NCBI RefSeq assembly: GCF_006345805.1
Contig: NC_043022.1
Location: 4,650,001-4,714,000, forward strand
DNA length: 64,000 bases
Direction of reading: 5' to 3'
Source of the DNA: Octopus sinensis
Lineage: Eukaryota
The first letter of the stretch is position 1, and each line of letters opens with the position of its first letter. Positions 63,580-64,000 of this stretch are shown here, in pieces. A model generated the notes under the pieces. That model saw only the letters and a list, made by a program, of their open reading frames with translations, was not told the origin of the DNA and did not search any database. Both the position numbers and the translations under genes were made by a program.

Positions 63580-63596
63580 TATTATACAGTAAGAAT

Positions 63597-63772
63597 TTAG
63601 AGCTGCTGTACTGTTCCATAGTAGAAATGTAGTATTTCTGTACTATTGCATAGAAATATAGTACTGCTATTCTATTACATAGCAGTAATATAGCATTGTC
63701 AAACTATTATACAGTAGCAGTATAGTGCACCTGTACTATTACACAGTAGAAATATAGTACTGCTGTACTATT

Positions 63773-63804
<32 letters not shown>

Positions 63805-63885
63805 TAGCGCTGCTGCACTTATACTGTAGAAATATAGAACTGCCATTCTATTATGCAGCAAGAATATAGAGCAGCTGAACTATTG
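63597..63885. repeat. Degenerate ~32-bp minisatellite
   Basis: AGTACTGCTGTACTATTACA.AGTAGAAATAT-like units. Confidence 0.8.
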
Positions 63886-64000
63886 CAAAATGCTTTTGGT
63901 GGTGATGTTTAGCCCTTGGCCAGCTTTGAGCGACCATAACTGTAATCAGAAGCATTCCAGCCATGACCAAACGTTCTTATTATATATCTACAACTACAGT

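Overview
AT-rich eukaryotic genomic DNA, very probably octopus. This is inferred from the repeat families and the extreme microsatellite load, not from a database match. No complete protein-coding gene can be supported, and almost all ORFs in the track are microsatellite or SINE artefacts. The window is a nested patchwork of at least five SINE-like families (A, B, C, D, G), LINE relics (R4/Dong-type, RTE-type, CR1-type), two dead mariners, non-autonomous Helitrons and Helentron-like elements, TTAA- and TA-flanked MITEs, minisatellites and a few non-repetitive islands that may hold exons or UTRs of a host gene. The most notable signal is at least nine type I hammerhead-ribozyme (HHR) motifs of about five sequence families between 18.9 and 43.8 kb. 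They include a direct pair 298 nt apart (retrozyme or Penelope pseudo-LTR-like), inverted HHR-bearing ends, and a non-canonical CUGUUGA core kept in two dispersed copies. All folds were made by eye and none is tested.
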